A program made the position numbers and the translations under genes. Shown piece after piece: positions 42,093 through 48,224 of a stretch of 48,224 nucleotides of DNA (within the stretch, counting starts at the first letter, position 1; the number at the start of each line of letters is the position of its first letter). This stretch comes from a virus. A model generated the notes under the pieces. The model searched no databases, was not told the origin of the DNA, and saw nothing but the letters and a program-made list of their open reading frames with translations. The stretch lies in IMG/VR virus record IMGVR_UViG_3300045988_113942. One strand, given 5' to 3'.

Positions 42093-42881
42093 TCAATTTC
42101 TATTGACTGCAATCCCGATCGTTCGCTTGGTTAGGTCGTTCACCGTAGAATACGGCGTCCATTCGCCGGCTTTCAGAGCTTTGGAGTCAAAGCGCTGAAT
42201 GTAAATTTCACAACCGTCTCGTTCATAAACATCGGTGAAGTTGTAATTCTGGTCAGATTTTATGCACAAAATGACGGATAGTCGTCTTGCATTCAAGTTG
42301 CGTTTAACGCGGCAAGTGGCCTCGATTACGTCGTCAATATTTTCGACGTAATCGTAGTTGTCGTTGCCGCCTTCGATATACAGCAACATAACCTTGGCGT
42401 TGGTTGTCAATGAAAAGAAACGCTTCTGTCTTCTGGCGTACTTTTCCGTTACGCGCTGATAATCTTCTTCTGAGTCGTCTTTGAAGTCGTGGATGAATAG
42501 AGCGTTATTTTTGCGATTGAAAACATGAATGGTGCCTTCCGGTGCTTTTTGTTCCGTGTATTCCAGATCTTCGCGGTTCAACATTCCTGAGAAACGTTTC
42601 TCAATGAGTTCCAACTTTGTCAGGTACGGAAGGCCGGCAATCCAGTCGAATGGACCGCTGCATTTTCGAAGGTTGATCTCCCTAAGGATCGTGGCGGCCA
42701 AACAGTTACTACCGAGAGAGAAACAACTATCGAATGCATCGATACTGATCTTGTAGATGTACTGTTCCACCAGTGGACGGACGATTTTTGGGAAAAACTT
42801 TCGGTATTTCGAATAGGTGGATGCTAGGGTGGCGTTCAGATGTGGGATTCTAGTATGGAGGTTGGCGACATTTTGAAACAT
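42093..42881 (-). CDS. DUF1796-like (putative papain-like cysteine peptidase family) protein; reverse-strand moron
   Basis: FSLGSNCLAATILREINLRKCSGPFDWI fits the DUF1796 N-terminal signature. It is the only minus-strand gene inside the late region, and GC is lower than in the flanks. Confidence 0.6.
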   Translation of the reverse strand: MFQNVANLHTRIPHLNATLASTYSKYRKFFPKIVRPLVEQYIYKISIDAFDSCFSLGSNCLAATILREINLRKCSGPFDWIAGLPYLTKLELIEKRFSGMLNREDLEYTEQKAPEGTIHVFNRKNNALFIHDFKDDSEEDYQRVTEKYARRQKRFFSLTTNAKVMLLYIEGGNDNYDYVENIDDVIEATCRVKRNLNARRLSVILCIKSDQNYNFTDVYERDGCEIYIQRFDSKALKAGEWTPYSTVNDLTKRTIGIAVNRN

Positions 42882-42963
42882 ATTTGATATGGATGCAAAA
42901 ATGGCTCAAGGTTGTTGGATCAACCATGAGCAGAGCAGGGTACGTACACATAACTTTATCACA

Positions 42964-42983
42964 CCGCCTTCTGGCGGTTTTTT
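42964..42983 (+). terminator. Rho-independent terminator
   Basis: ccgcc ttct ggcgg tttttt. Confidence 0.7.
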
Positions 42984-42986
42984 CAT

Positions 42987-43244
42987 ATGTGGGATTTGAT
43001 TGTCAAGGCGCTGAAAGAGGCGCTGAAGGAAAAGGTGACTGAAATGACGAAAGAAGAAGTGAAGGAATGGCTCGACAAGATCGGCGTCAAGGTCGAGGAA
43101 GTGACGGATGAAATCATCGCCAAGGTGGAGGCTCAGAAGGCTCTGCTTGATACGGAGACCCGACGCAAGACTAGGCTCTTCTGGGGACCGGTTGGTTTTT
43201 TGGTTGGCGCGGTCGCCGGCTATGTCTGCGCGGCCTTTTTCTGA
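42987..43244 (+). CDS. Small tail-anchored membrane protein (lysis-cassette associated)
   Basis: Helical, charged N-terminus and a C-terminal TM segment LFWGPVGFLVGAVAGYVCAAFF. Confidence 0.5.
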   Translation: MWDLIVKALKEALKEKVTEMTKEEVKEWLDKIGVKVEEVTDEIIAKVEAQKALLDTETRRKTRLFWGPVGFLVGAVAGYVCAAFF

Positions 43245-43281
43245 GAACTGTGGGGTTTGCGTCCATAGACCAATATCAACT

Positions 43282-43313
43282 CCCTCGAGGATATTCCTCG
43301 GGGGATTTTTTTT
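43282..43313 (+). terminator. Rho-independent terminator
   Basis: 9-bp stem ccctcgagg / cctcggggg (one G-U pair) followed by T8. Confidence 0.7.
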
Positions 43314-43324
43314 ATGAGGAGAAG

Positions 43325-43642
43325 ATGCCAGAGAAAGAAGTGATAACGGAGACCCAGGCGCTTGCCGCGTCTGGGGGCTTCGCCGCCCTATGCGGTTGGC
43401 TGAACTATCTGCTCCTGATTGAGGAAGGGCGGGAGTTCTCGTGGGGAGGGATGTTCTTGCACTGCGCGATCAGTGCGGTGTGCGGTCTGATCTCTTACGA
43501 AATCTTGGCTTACGAAGGCTTCCCGCCGGGGTTTTGCGGAGCGCTGTCAGGCTTGGCAGGTTGGGGCGGCACACGAGTCTTGAGGCTGATAGAGATTGTC
43601 GCGACAAAGAGGGCGGGGATTAAAAAGGAGGATTTGGAATGA
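43325..43642 (+). CDS. Holin (three predicted TM segments)
   Basis: GAGGAG precedes the ATG at 43325. TM segments: SGGFAALCGWLNYLLLI, MFLHCAISAVCGLISYEIL and FCGALSGLAGWGG. ATGA-coupled to the endolysin. Confidence 0.7.
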   Translation: MPEKEVITETQALAASGGFAALCGWLNYLLLIEEGREFSWGGMFLHCAISAVCGLISYEILAYEGFPPGFCGALSGLAGWGGTRVLRLIEIVATKRAGIKKEDLE

Positions 43643-44103
43643 AGAACTTTTCTGAGTACCAGGCTGAGTCCGCGATGGACTTCATTGAGGCGTGGGAAGG
43701 GTGTCGCTTGCAGGCGTACAAGTGTCCTGCTGGCGTTTGGACGATCGGCGTGGGGCACACGAAGGGTGTGACGGAGCACGACGAGATCACGTATGAGCAG
43801 TCGAGGGAGCTACTTCGAAAGGACATCGAGGAGGTCAAGCGCGGGCTCGCGCCGTTCGTCAACATTCACGTGACGGAGGGGCAGTTCATTGCGCTGGTGA
43901 GCCTCGCTTTCAACGTAGGCGTCTCTTATGTCGTGCACAAGTGCCCGAAGCTTATGCAGGCGCTCAATGCGGGCGATGTCGAGGCCTGCGCTCATGAGTT
44001 CTTGGACATTGATTCTGCGAACGGCGTGAAGCTTCCTGGCTTGACACGCAGGCGTCAGTCAGAAGCCAGGCTTTTCTTAGGCGAGGGTGTCCCAGCGATA
44101 TAA
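43639..44103 (+). CDS. Endolysin, GH24 (T4/lambda-type lysozyme fold)
   Basis: IEAWEGCRLQAYKCPAGVWTIGVGHT contains the catalytic Glu context. Also GQFIALVSLAFNVG. Confidence 0.92.
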   Translation: MKNFSEYQAESAMDFIEAWEGCRLQAYKCPAGVWTIGVGHTKGVTEHDEITYEQSRELLRKDIEEVKRGLAPFVNIHVTEGQFIALVSLAFNVGVSYVVHKCPKLMQALNAGDVEACAHEFLDIDSANGVKLPGLTRRRQSEARLFLGEGVPAI

Positions 44104-44188
44104 GGTGCACTAGTAGAGAAAAAGGAAAAGCCGCTCAGTTGTGGGGCTGGGCGGCTTTGGATATATAGACCAATTGGAATAGGTGTCT

Positions 44189-44365
44189 ATGGAGAGTATT
44201 TTATCAAACTTGATCGTTGCTTTGCGGCTTGGGGAGTTGATGATGGTCGAGAATTTGACTTGGCAAGCGATTGGTACTTACGCCGTGTTCTTTGGAATTG
44301 GTGGCGTAGCTATTGCATGGGGGCTTGCCAAAACGGTCAAGGCTTGGAAGGATGCCTTGAAATGA
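44189..44365 (+). CDS. Small membrane protein
   Basis: TM segment AIGTYAVFFGIGGVAIAWGLA. The stop overlaps the Rz-like ATG. Confidence 0.45.
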   Translation: MESILSNLIVALRLGELMMVENLTWQAIGTYAVFFGIGGVAIAWGLAKTVKAWKDALK

Positions 44366-44781
44366 GTGTTCAAGTTTTGAAGGGAGTGGCGGTGCTCGTT
44401 TTGAGTGCTGCATTTTTTGTTGCTGGCTACCAGTACGCGGCCGCGCTCTACGGCGAGGACATCGCCAACTTCAAACTGGAGGCCGCGATAGTTCGCGCAA
44501 ACGATGGGAGAAAGGCTTATGAAAAACTGGTTGCAGCGCAAAATGCGCTTGACGCTTCTCGTCGCGATGCAGTGCGCCTTTCTGGCGACCTTGATCGGGT
44601 GCAGCGTGCCTACCAAAATCGAGAGAGAAGAGCCTCTGCCGATGCCTGCAGAGTGGAACGAGCTGCAATTGCCAGGTGCGAAGGACTTCTCAGAGAAAGC
44701 ACAGAGCTTCTTGCAGAGGGTTCAGGCCTACTTCAAAGAAACGCCGGAGTTCACGACGCCAGAGCAACCCTGAATAAATGA
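44362..44781 (+). CDS. i-spanin (Rz-like)
   Basis: N-terminal TM (GVAVLVLSAAFFVAGY), followed by a coiled-coil, Arg-rich periplasmic domain. Confidence 0.75.
   Translation: MSVQVLKGVAVLVLSAAFFVAGYQYAAALYGEDIANFKLEAAIVRANDGRKAYEKLVAAQNALDASRRDAVRLSGDLDRVQRAYQNRERRASADACRVERAAIARCEGLLRESTELLAEGSGLLQRNAGVHDARATLNK
44519..44773 (+). CDS. o-spanin lipoprotein (Rz1-like) embedded in the +1 frame of the Rz-like gene
   Basis: Signal peptide plus lipobox LLVAMQCAFLATLIGC. The mature part is Pro-rich. GGGAGAAAGG precedes the ATG at 44519. Confidence 0.75.
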   Translation: MKNWLQRKMRLTLLVAMQCAFLATLIGCSVPTKIEREEPLPMPAEWNELQLPGAKDFSEKAQSFLQRVQAYFKETPEFTTPEQP

Positions 44782-44783
44782 AA

Positions 44784-44808
44784 CCCCCGTCTGGTTTGCC
44801 AGCGGGGG
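44784..44808. terminator. Bidirectional terminator between convergent genes
   Basis: cccccg(t)ctgg tttg ccagcggggg. Confidence 0.65.
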
Positions 44809-44827
44809 CTTGGTTTAGATTAGAAGG

Positions 44828-46486
44828 TTAACCGGCAGTCGCTTTCGCCTGTTCAATGTTGCGGGTTTCACGGTATTCTTCAGCCTTCGCCAACGTGGTG
44901 AAGTGAACCTGAAGACCTAACTTCTGAACTTCGCTTTCGATGTCATCAAGTGAGACGCGGAAGAATTCCTTTCGCAAATTCACCTTGTTGATACGCTTCG
45001 GATCAAAGACCTCGTGAAGCTTGCGTTCAAGGTCAGGGGCGTTCTCGCTGTAGATCATGGCGTGAATGTCGAACGGGAACGGCACGGACGCATTGCTCAG
45101 TTCGTCAATTCGGTCCTCGGGATCGAGACGACGAGTCATGCCGATTTTGAACACGCGTTCGCCGAAGGAACCGATGTTCGAGATGACGTAAACGTGGCCG
45201 GCCTTCGTGAGCTCCGCCATGGACTGCGCACGTTTTGATTGCTCTTCGGCAGTACGAAGCTTTTCTTGAAGTTCTTGAAGTTGCTTTTCATACTTTTGGC
45301 GCTGACTTTCGGTAGCGTGCAAGAGCGCCTGTTCCATCTTTTCTTGTGCGGCACGCAGGCGAGCTTCTTCCTTCTCTGCTTGCTGTTTTGCTTTCTCAAA
45401 CTCAGCTTGAGCACGGGCTTCTTCACGCATGCGTTCGCGAATTGTTCGTTGCTCTTCCTGTTCCTTCTTCTTGAGCTCAAGCAAAACGGTGGCCCACTTG
45501 AGTTCATTCAGTCGGGATTCCAAGAATTCGTCCGTGATTCTGGCATTTCGGAAGGCGGCCCCTCCTTGGTTCACAAGCGCACATGCATCAAGGATTGCTT
45601 GCTTGCACTTCCCGAAATTTTCTCCACCCTTGAGCTTTGAGAGGATGCTGTCAACCTTGCCGTTGAATGCGTCAACGACGAAATTGCTGGCCGTCTGGCT
45701 TCGGTTTTGTTCTACGTAGTCACAAGCGCCGGCCTTGGAAATCTTCATCAAGCGCTTGGTGTTTGCTTTGGCTTCTTTGAACTTTTCACTGGCTTCCGCA
45801 AACCCGAAGTGTTCGGCAAGCTCATCAAGGAGTGTGTTGGCGGGAATCAAATATTCGTCGCCGTACCCTTCGATGACATTCTTCAACGCTTGAGCCGTTT
45901 TTTCTAAGTTGGTTACCTTGCGTTGAGCGTCGTCGACGATGGCAAGAGCCTGAAGGTTGGCTGTCTCGATAGCTTCACGTGCGGTCTGTTCGTGCTTTTC
46001 AGCTTCAGCTCGAATGCGGCGAATATCTCGTTCAAGTTCACGCGCATGCTGAACTTCGTCATTTGCGTCCTGAATGATTTTTTGGGCTTGCTTTTCTGCG
46101 TCTGAAATTTTCTGCTTACTCTCAGCAAGCTCTTTTTCGGAACGCTCAAAGTTGTTCCTGGCTCGCTCCTCGATGTCGGCCATCCGACTGTGAGCAAGCT
46201 TTTCAGCTTCGATCAGACGCTCCTGGGCAACTGTCTCGGCCTCGTCGATGCGAGATTGGATAGTCGTTTCATAATCACGAACCTTCTCTCTGAGGCCAGT
46301 AACAGTTTCATCGAGATTGTTGTTCGCCGTCTCATATTGGCCGCATTGTTCTTCCAAGGCCTTTTTCTGAGCGGTAAGTTCGCGGGTTTTCAAAATCCAT
46401 AGAAGAAGCCCGACTGGAATTAGAAAAAAGCTTAAAAAGCAAATGGCGATGAACCACCATCGATAAATGATTTTGGGTTTTGTCAT
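44828..46486 (-). CDS. Membrane-anchored coiled-coil protein with DUF4041-like region and a C-terminal T5orf172 (GIY-YIG-like) domain
   Basis: N-terminal TM WWFIAICFLSFFLIPVGLLLWIL, about 200 aa of heptad-rich E/K/Q sequence, then the C-terminus GHVYVISNIGSFGERVFKIGMTRRLDPEDRIDELSNASVPFPFDIHAMIYSENAPDLERKLH. Confidence 0.8.
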   Translation of the reverse strand: MTKPKIIYRWWFIAICFLSFFLIPVGLLLWILKTRELTAQKKALEEQCGQYETANNNLDETVTGLREKVRDYETTIQSRIDEAETVAQERLIEAEKLAHSRMADIEERARNNFERSEKELAESKQKISDAEKQAQKIIQDANDEVQHARELERDIRRIRAEAEKHEQTAREAIETANLQALAIVDDAQRKVTNLEKTAQALKNVIEGYGDEYLIPANTLLDELAEHFGFAEASEKFKEAKANTKRLMKISKAGACDYVEQNRSQTASNFVVDAFNGKVDSILSKLKGGENFGKCKQAILDACALVNQGGAAFRNARITDEFLESRLNELKWATVLLELKKKEQEEQRTIRERMREEARAQAEFEKAKQQAEKEEARLRAAQEKMEQALLHATESQRQKYEKQLQELQEKLRTAEEQSKRAQSMAELTKAGHVYVISNIGSFGERVFKIGMTRRLDPEDRIDELSNASVPFPFDIHAMIYSENAPDLERKLHEVFDPKRINKVNLRKEFFRVSLDDIESEVQKLGLQVHFTTLAKAEEYRETRNIEQAKATAG

Positions 46487-46647
46487 GGGCTTCCTTGTGA
46501 TGAGGCTGTTGAAACGACAAAAGCGCGGAGGTTATCCGCGCATGAAGATTGTCAAATTGTAACTTACTTTTAGGAGAGAGCCTCAAGGCGTGCGGCGATC
46601 GCGTCGCGTTCGTCGCAAAGCGTCAGGAACGCCTTGACAAGGCTCCG

Positions 46648-46767
46648 CTACTCTACTTTCTTACCGGCTGCATAAGCGTCGGCAGCCTCGTCGCTCTTGA
46701 GGTCGATGGCAAGTTCGAGCTGTTCGAGGGCTTTTTCGAGTTCGCGGCGGTTGTCGGTGTTCGTCAT
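46648..46767 (-). CDS. Small helical ORF (39 aa) ending at an in-frame TAG; the frame continues 25 more codons
   Basis: GGAGA precedes the ATG at 46767. Translation is MTNTDNRRELEKALEQLELAIDLKSDEAADAYAAGKKVE, then TAG, then RSLVKAFLTLCDERDAIAARLEALS and TAA (46570-46572). Confidence 0.3.
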   Translation of the reverse strand: MTNTDNRRELEKALEQLELAIDLKSDEAADAYAAGKKVE

Positions 46768-46856
46768 GTTTGTCTCCGGTGTTTGTGTTCTGGTGAGGTC
46801 ATGTTCGCTCTGTGTCCCAGAGACATCAAGTCGATGTGGGATTGACTTGCTTTACA

Positions 46857-48020
46857 TCATTCCGTTGGAAGGATCGCATCCGCCCACTGTTGCATGATCG
46901 GGCGGCGTTGCTCAAGGAGGTCTGAGCGTTGGTAGGCCTGCACGACCTTGTCGCCCTTTACGTGAGCCAGAGCGCGCTCGGCAAGGGCCTCATGGATGAA
47001 GTTCTCCTCGCACCAGTCGCGGAACGTTGATCTGAAGCCGTGCATTGTGAAAGACTCGCCTGTAGCCTTCCGGATAAAAGCCCGAGGGCTGTCGATAACC
47101 ATCTCTTTGTCTGATCGTGGCGCAGGAAAGACGAGCTCAGACTTCCGTTCGCATCGTTCTAGGACTGCCAGTGCCTGACGTGAGAGCGGGACGCGGTGCT
47201 CAAGACCGCACTTCATCCTAGAGGCTGGGATCGTCCACGTCGCGCGCTGGATGTCGATCTCGTCCCATCGTGCGCAAAGGAACTCTTGCACGCGTGTAGC
47301 AGTGAGGATGCCGAAAAGGACGGCGCGAGACACGACAGAAGTCTTTTTCGCCGTCTCCGGTGCAAAACTTTTCAGAATTTCAAGAGGCATTGCTTCATGG
47401 TGCTTGACTTCGTGGACCTTTGAGATCGGCGGCAGGAAGAAAGCTAGCCCGTCTTTCCAAGTAGCAGGGTTTGTTTGTATGAGTTCTTCAGCGATTGCTT
47501 GAGAGAAGAGACTTTCGAGGCGGCCTCGTAGGCGGCTGGCTGTCTCTGGCTTTTCTGTCCAGATCGGTTTGAGGACTTCGAGGATGTCGCCACGCGTGAT
47601 GTCTTTGACGCGTAGTTGACCGAGGATCGGGACGGCATACGTCTCGATGGTCGAGGTCCACTGCTCAGCGTGCTTGGAATTCTTCCAACGCTTTACATCC
47701 TTGATGGTGGCGATGGCGCCAGGGTAGAAGTCTTTGAAAGTGATGTTTTCCTTACTGTCGGCTTCGTCGTGCTTCAAAGACATCGGGTCAATGCCGTCGG
47801 TGACCATTGCCATGATTTTGGCAGCACGTGCTTTGGCGGCGCTGATTGAGACACGAGAAGCTCCTCCGATGGACAAGTCCTTTCGGGTTCCGGCGAAGCG
47901 GTAGCGGACAACCCACTGGCGAGAAGACTCAGATCGAACCAACAGCATTAGACCGCCGCCGAGAGAGTAGCGACCGACAGGAAGTGTTAAGACGTTCTTC
48001 GAAGTTACTTGAACCTTCAC
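46857..48020 (-). CDS. int: Tyrosine integrase, P4-like (DUF4102-type N-terminus)
   Basis: GRYSLGGGLMLLVRSESSRQWVVRYRFAG is P4-int-like. The catalytic region is HGFRSTFRDWC...LAHVKGDKVVQAYQRSD. GGAGG lies 5 nt upstream of the GTG at 48020; the track ORF start at 48065 lies inside the arm repeat. Confidence 0.92.
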   Translation of the reverse strand: MKVQVTSKNVLTLPVGRYSLGGGLMLLVRSESSRQWVVRYRFAGTRKDLSIGGASRVSISAAKARAAKIMAMVTDGIDPMSLKHDEADSKENITFKDFYPGAIATIKDVKRWKNSKHAEQWTSTIETYAVPILGQLRVKDITRGDILEVLKPIWTEKPETASRLRGRLESLFSQAIAEELIQTNPATWKDGLAFFLPPISKVHEVKHHEAMPLEILKSFAPETAKKTSVVSRAVLFGILTATRVQEFLCARWDEIDIQRATWTIPASRMKCGLEHRVPLSRQALAVLERCERKSELVFPAPRSDKEMVIDSPRAFIRKATGESFTMHGFRSTFRDWCEENFIHEALAERALAHVKGDKVVQAYQRSDLLEQRRPIMQQWADAILPTE

Positions 48021-48041
48021 TTTTACCTCCGACGATGTACC

Positions 48042-48067
48042 AAAAAGAACCACCAAAAGAACCACCG
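48042..48067. repeat. Second copy of the 26-bp GAACCACC-containing repeat, just upstream of the int start
   Basis: Identical to 102-127. Confidence 0.5.
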
Positions 48068-48169
48068 TTGCAGTGTACTATGTGGCGAAATGTGGCGCAA
48101 TTTGACGGTTTTTGAGGAAGGCGTGTGAGTAGTTAAGTGCTGAAAGTGCTTGATTTACAAGGGAAATAA

Positions 48170-48224
48170 AGAAAAACCCCAAAGTCACAAGGACTTCGGG
48201 GTTTGTGTCTTGGCGGAGAAGGGG
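48170..48224. repeat. Terminal direct repeat, copy 2
   Basis: Identical to bases 1-55. Confidence 0.95.

Larger units (their letters stand above)
1..48224. mobile_element. Complete temperate phage genome (lambda-like head genes plus P2/Mu-like contractile tail), bounded by a 55-bp direct repeat
   Basis: Integrase, CI/Cro switch, recombination, replication, Q-like, terminase, head, tail and lysis modules are all present in canonical order. Bases 1-55 equal 48170-48224. Confidence 0.9.

Noticed and set aside
43266-43275. The 10-mer ATAGACCAAT upstream of the holin recurs at 44166-44175, upstream of the small TM gene. It was considered as a shared lysis-gene regulatory box.
   Set aside because: A 10-mer recurrence is expected by chance many times in 48 kb, and there is no extended similarity around it.
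46549-46845. 98-aa plus-strand ORF between the T5orf172 gene and int.
   Set aside because: It has no RBS, lies antisense to a better-supported small minus-strand ORF with GGAGA-ATG, and has a Cys/Phe-rich implausible composition.

Overview
The window is one complete temperate phage genome of about 48.2 kb. Bases 1-55 are identical to bases 48170-48224, so it is either a circular contig with an assembler overlap or a prophage cut at its att repeats. All family calls below come from reading motifs by eye; no search was run.

Minus strand:
- 48020-46857: P4-type tyrosine integrase.
- 46.5-44.8 kb: a membrane-anchored coiled-coil protein with a T5orf172/GIY-YIG-like C-terminus.
- 9992-9279: CI-like S24 repressor.
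- 9096-144: a long early-left operon that starts at a PL-like promoter. It encodes small unknown proteins, an orphan PemK/MazF-like protein, YqaJ exonuclease, RecT, many small ORFs, a MazG-like protein, SSB, an AntA/KilAC antirepressor and an AlpA/Xis-like protein.

Plus strand:
- Early-right genes: Cro-like regulator, a DUF1376 replication protein with internal iteron-like repeats, a DnaC-like loader, RusA and a Q-like regulator.
- 13.9-15.6 kb: an AT-rich two-gene moron.
- 16-44.8 kb: a roughly 29-kb late operon.
  - Packaging and head (lambda-like): HNH, small and large (GpA-type) terminase, a ParB-like nuclease domain protein, gpW, portal, ClpP-type protease/scaffold, decoration protein and gpE-like capsid.
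  - Contractile tail (P2/Mu-like): sheath, tube, an E/E' chaperone with a TTTTTTG slippery site, tape measure, and X, D, V, U, W, J, I homologues.
  - Fibre locus: composite, with several fibre genes.
  - Second AT-rich island: carries a reverse-strand DUF1796-like gene.
  - Lysis cassette: holin, GH24 endolysin and embedded Rz/Rz1.

Most interesting accessory content:
1. The AT-rich cassette of a soluble protein plus a 4-TM protein at 13974-15518. Its architecture resembles RexAB, and its first gene is split by an A8 homopolymer.
2. The orphan PemK-like gene at 7488-7958, preceded by about 400 bp of ORF-free, hairpin-dense sequence and followed by tandem terminators.
3. The DUF4041/T5orf172-like gene next to int.

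No tRNA, rRNA, CRISPR array, reverse transcriptase or invertase was seen.
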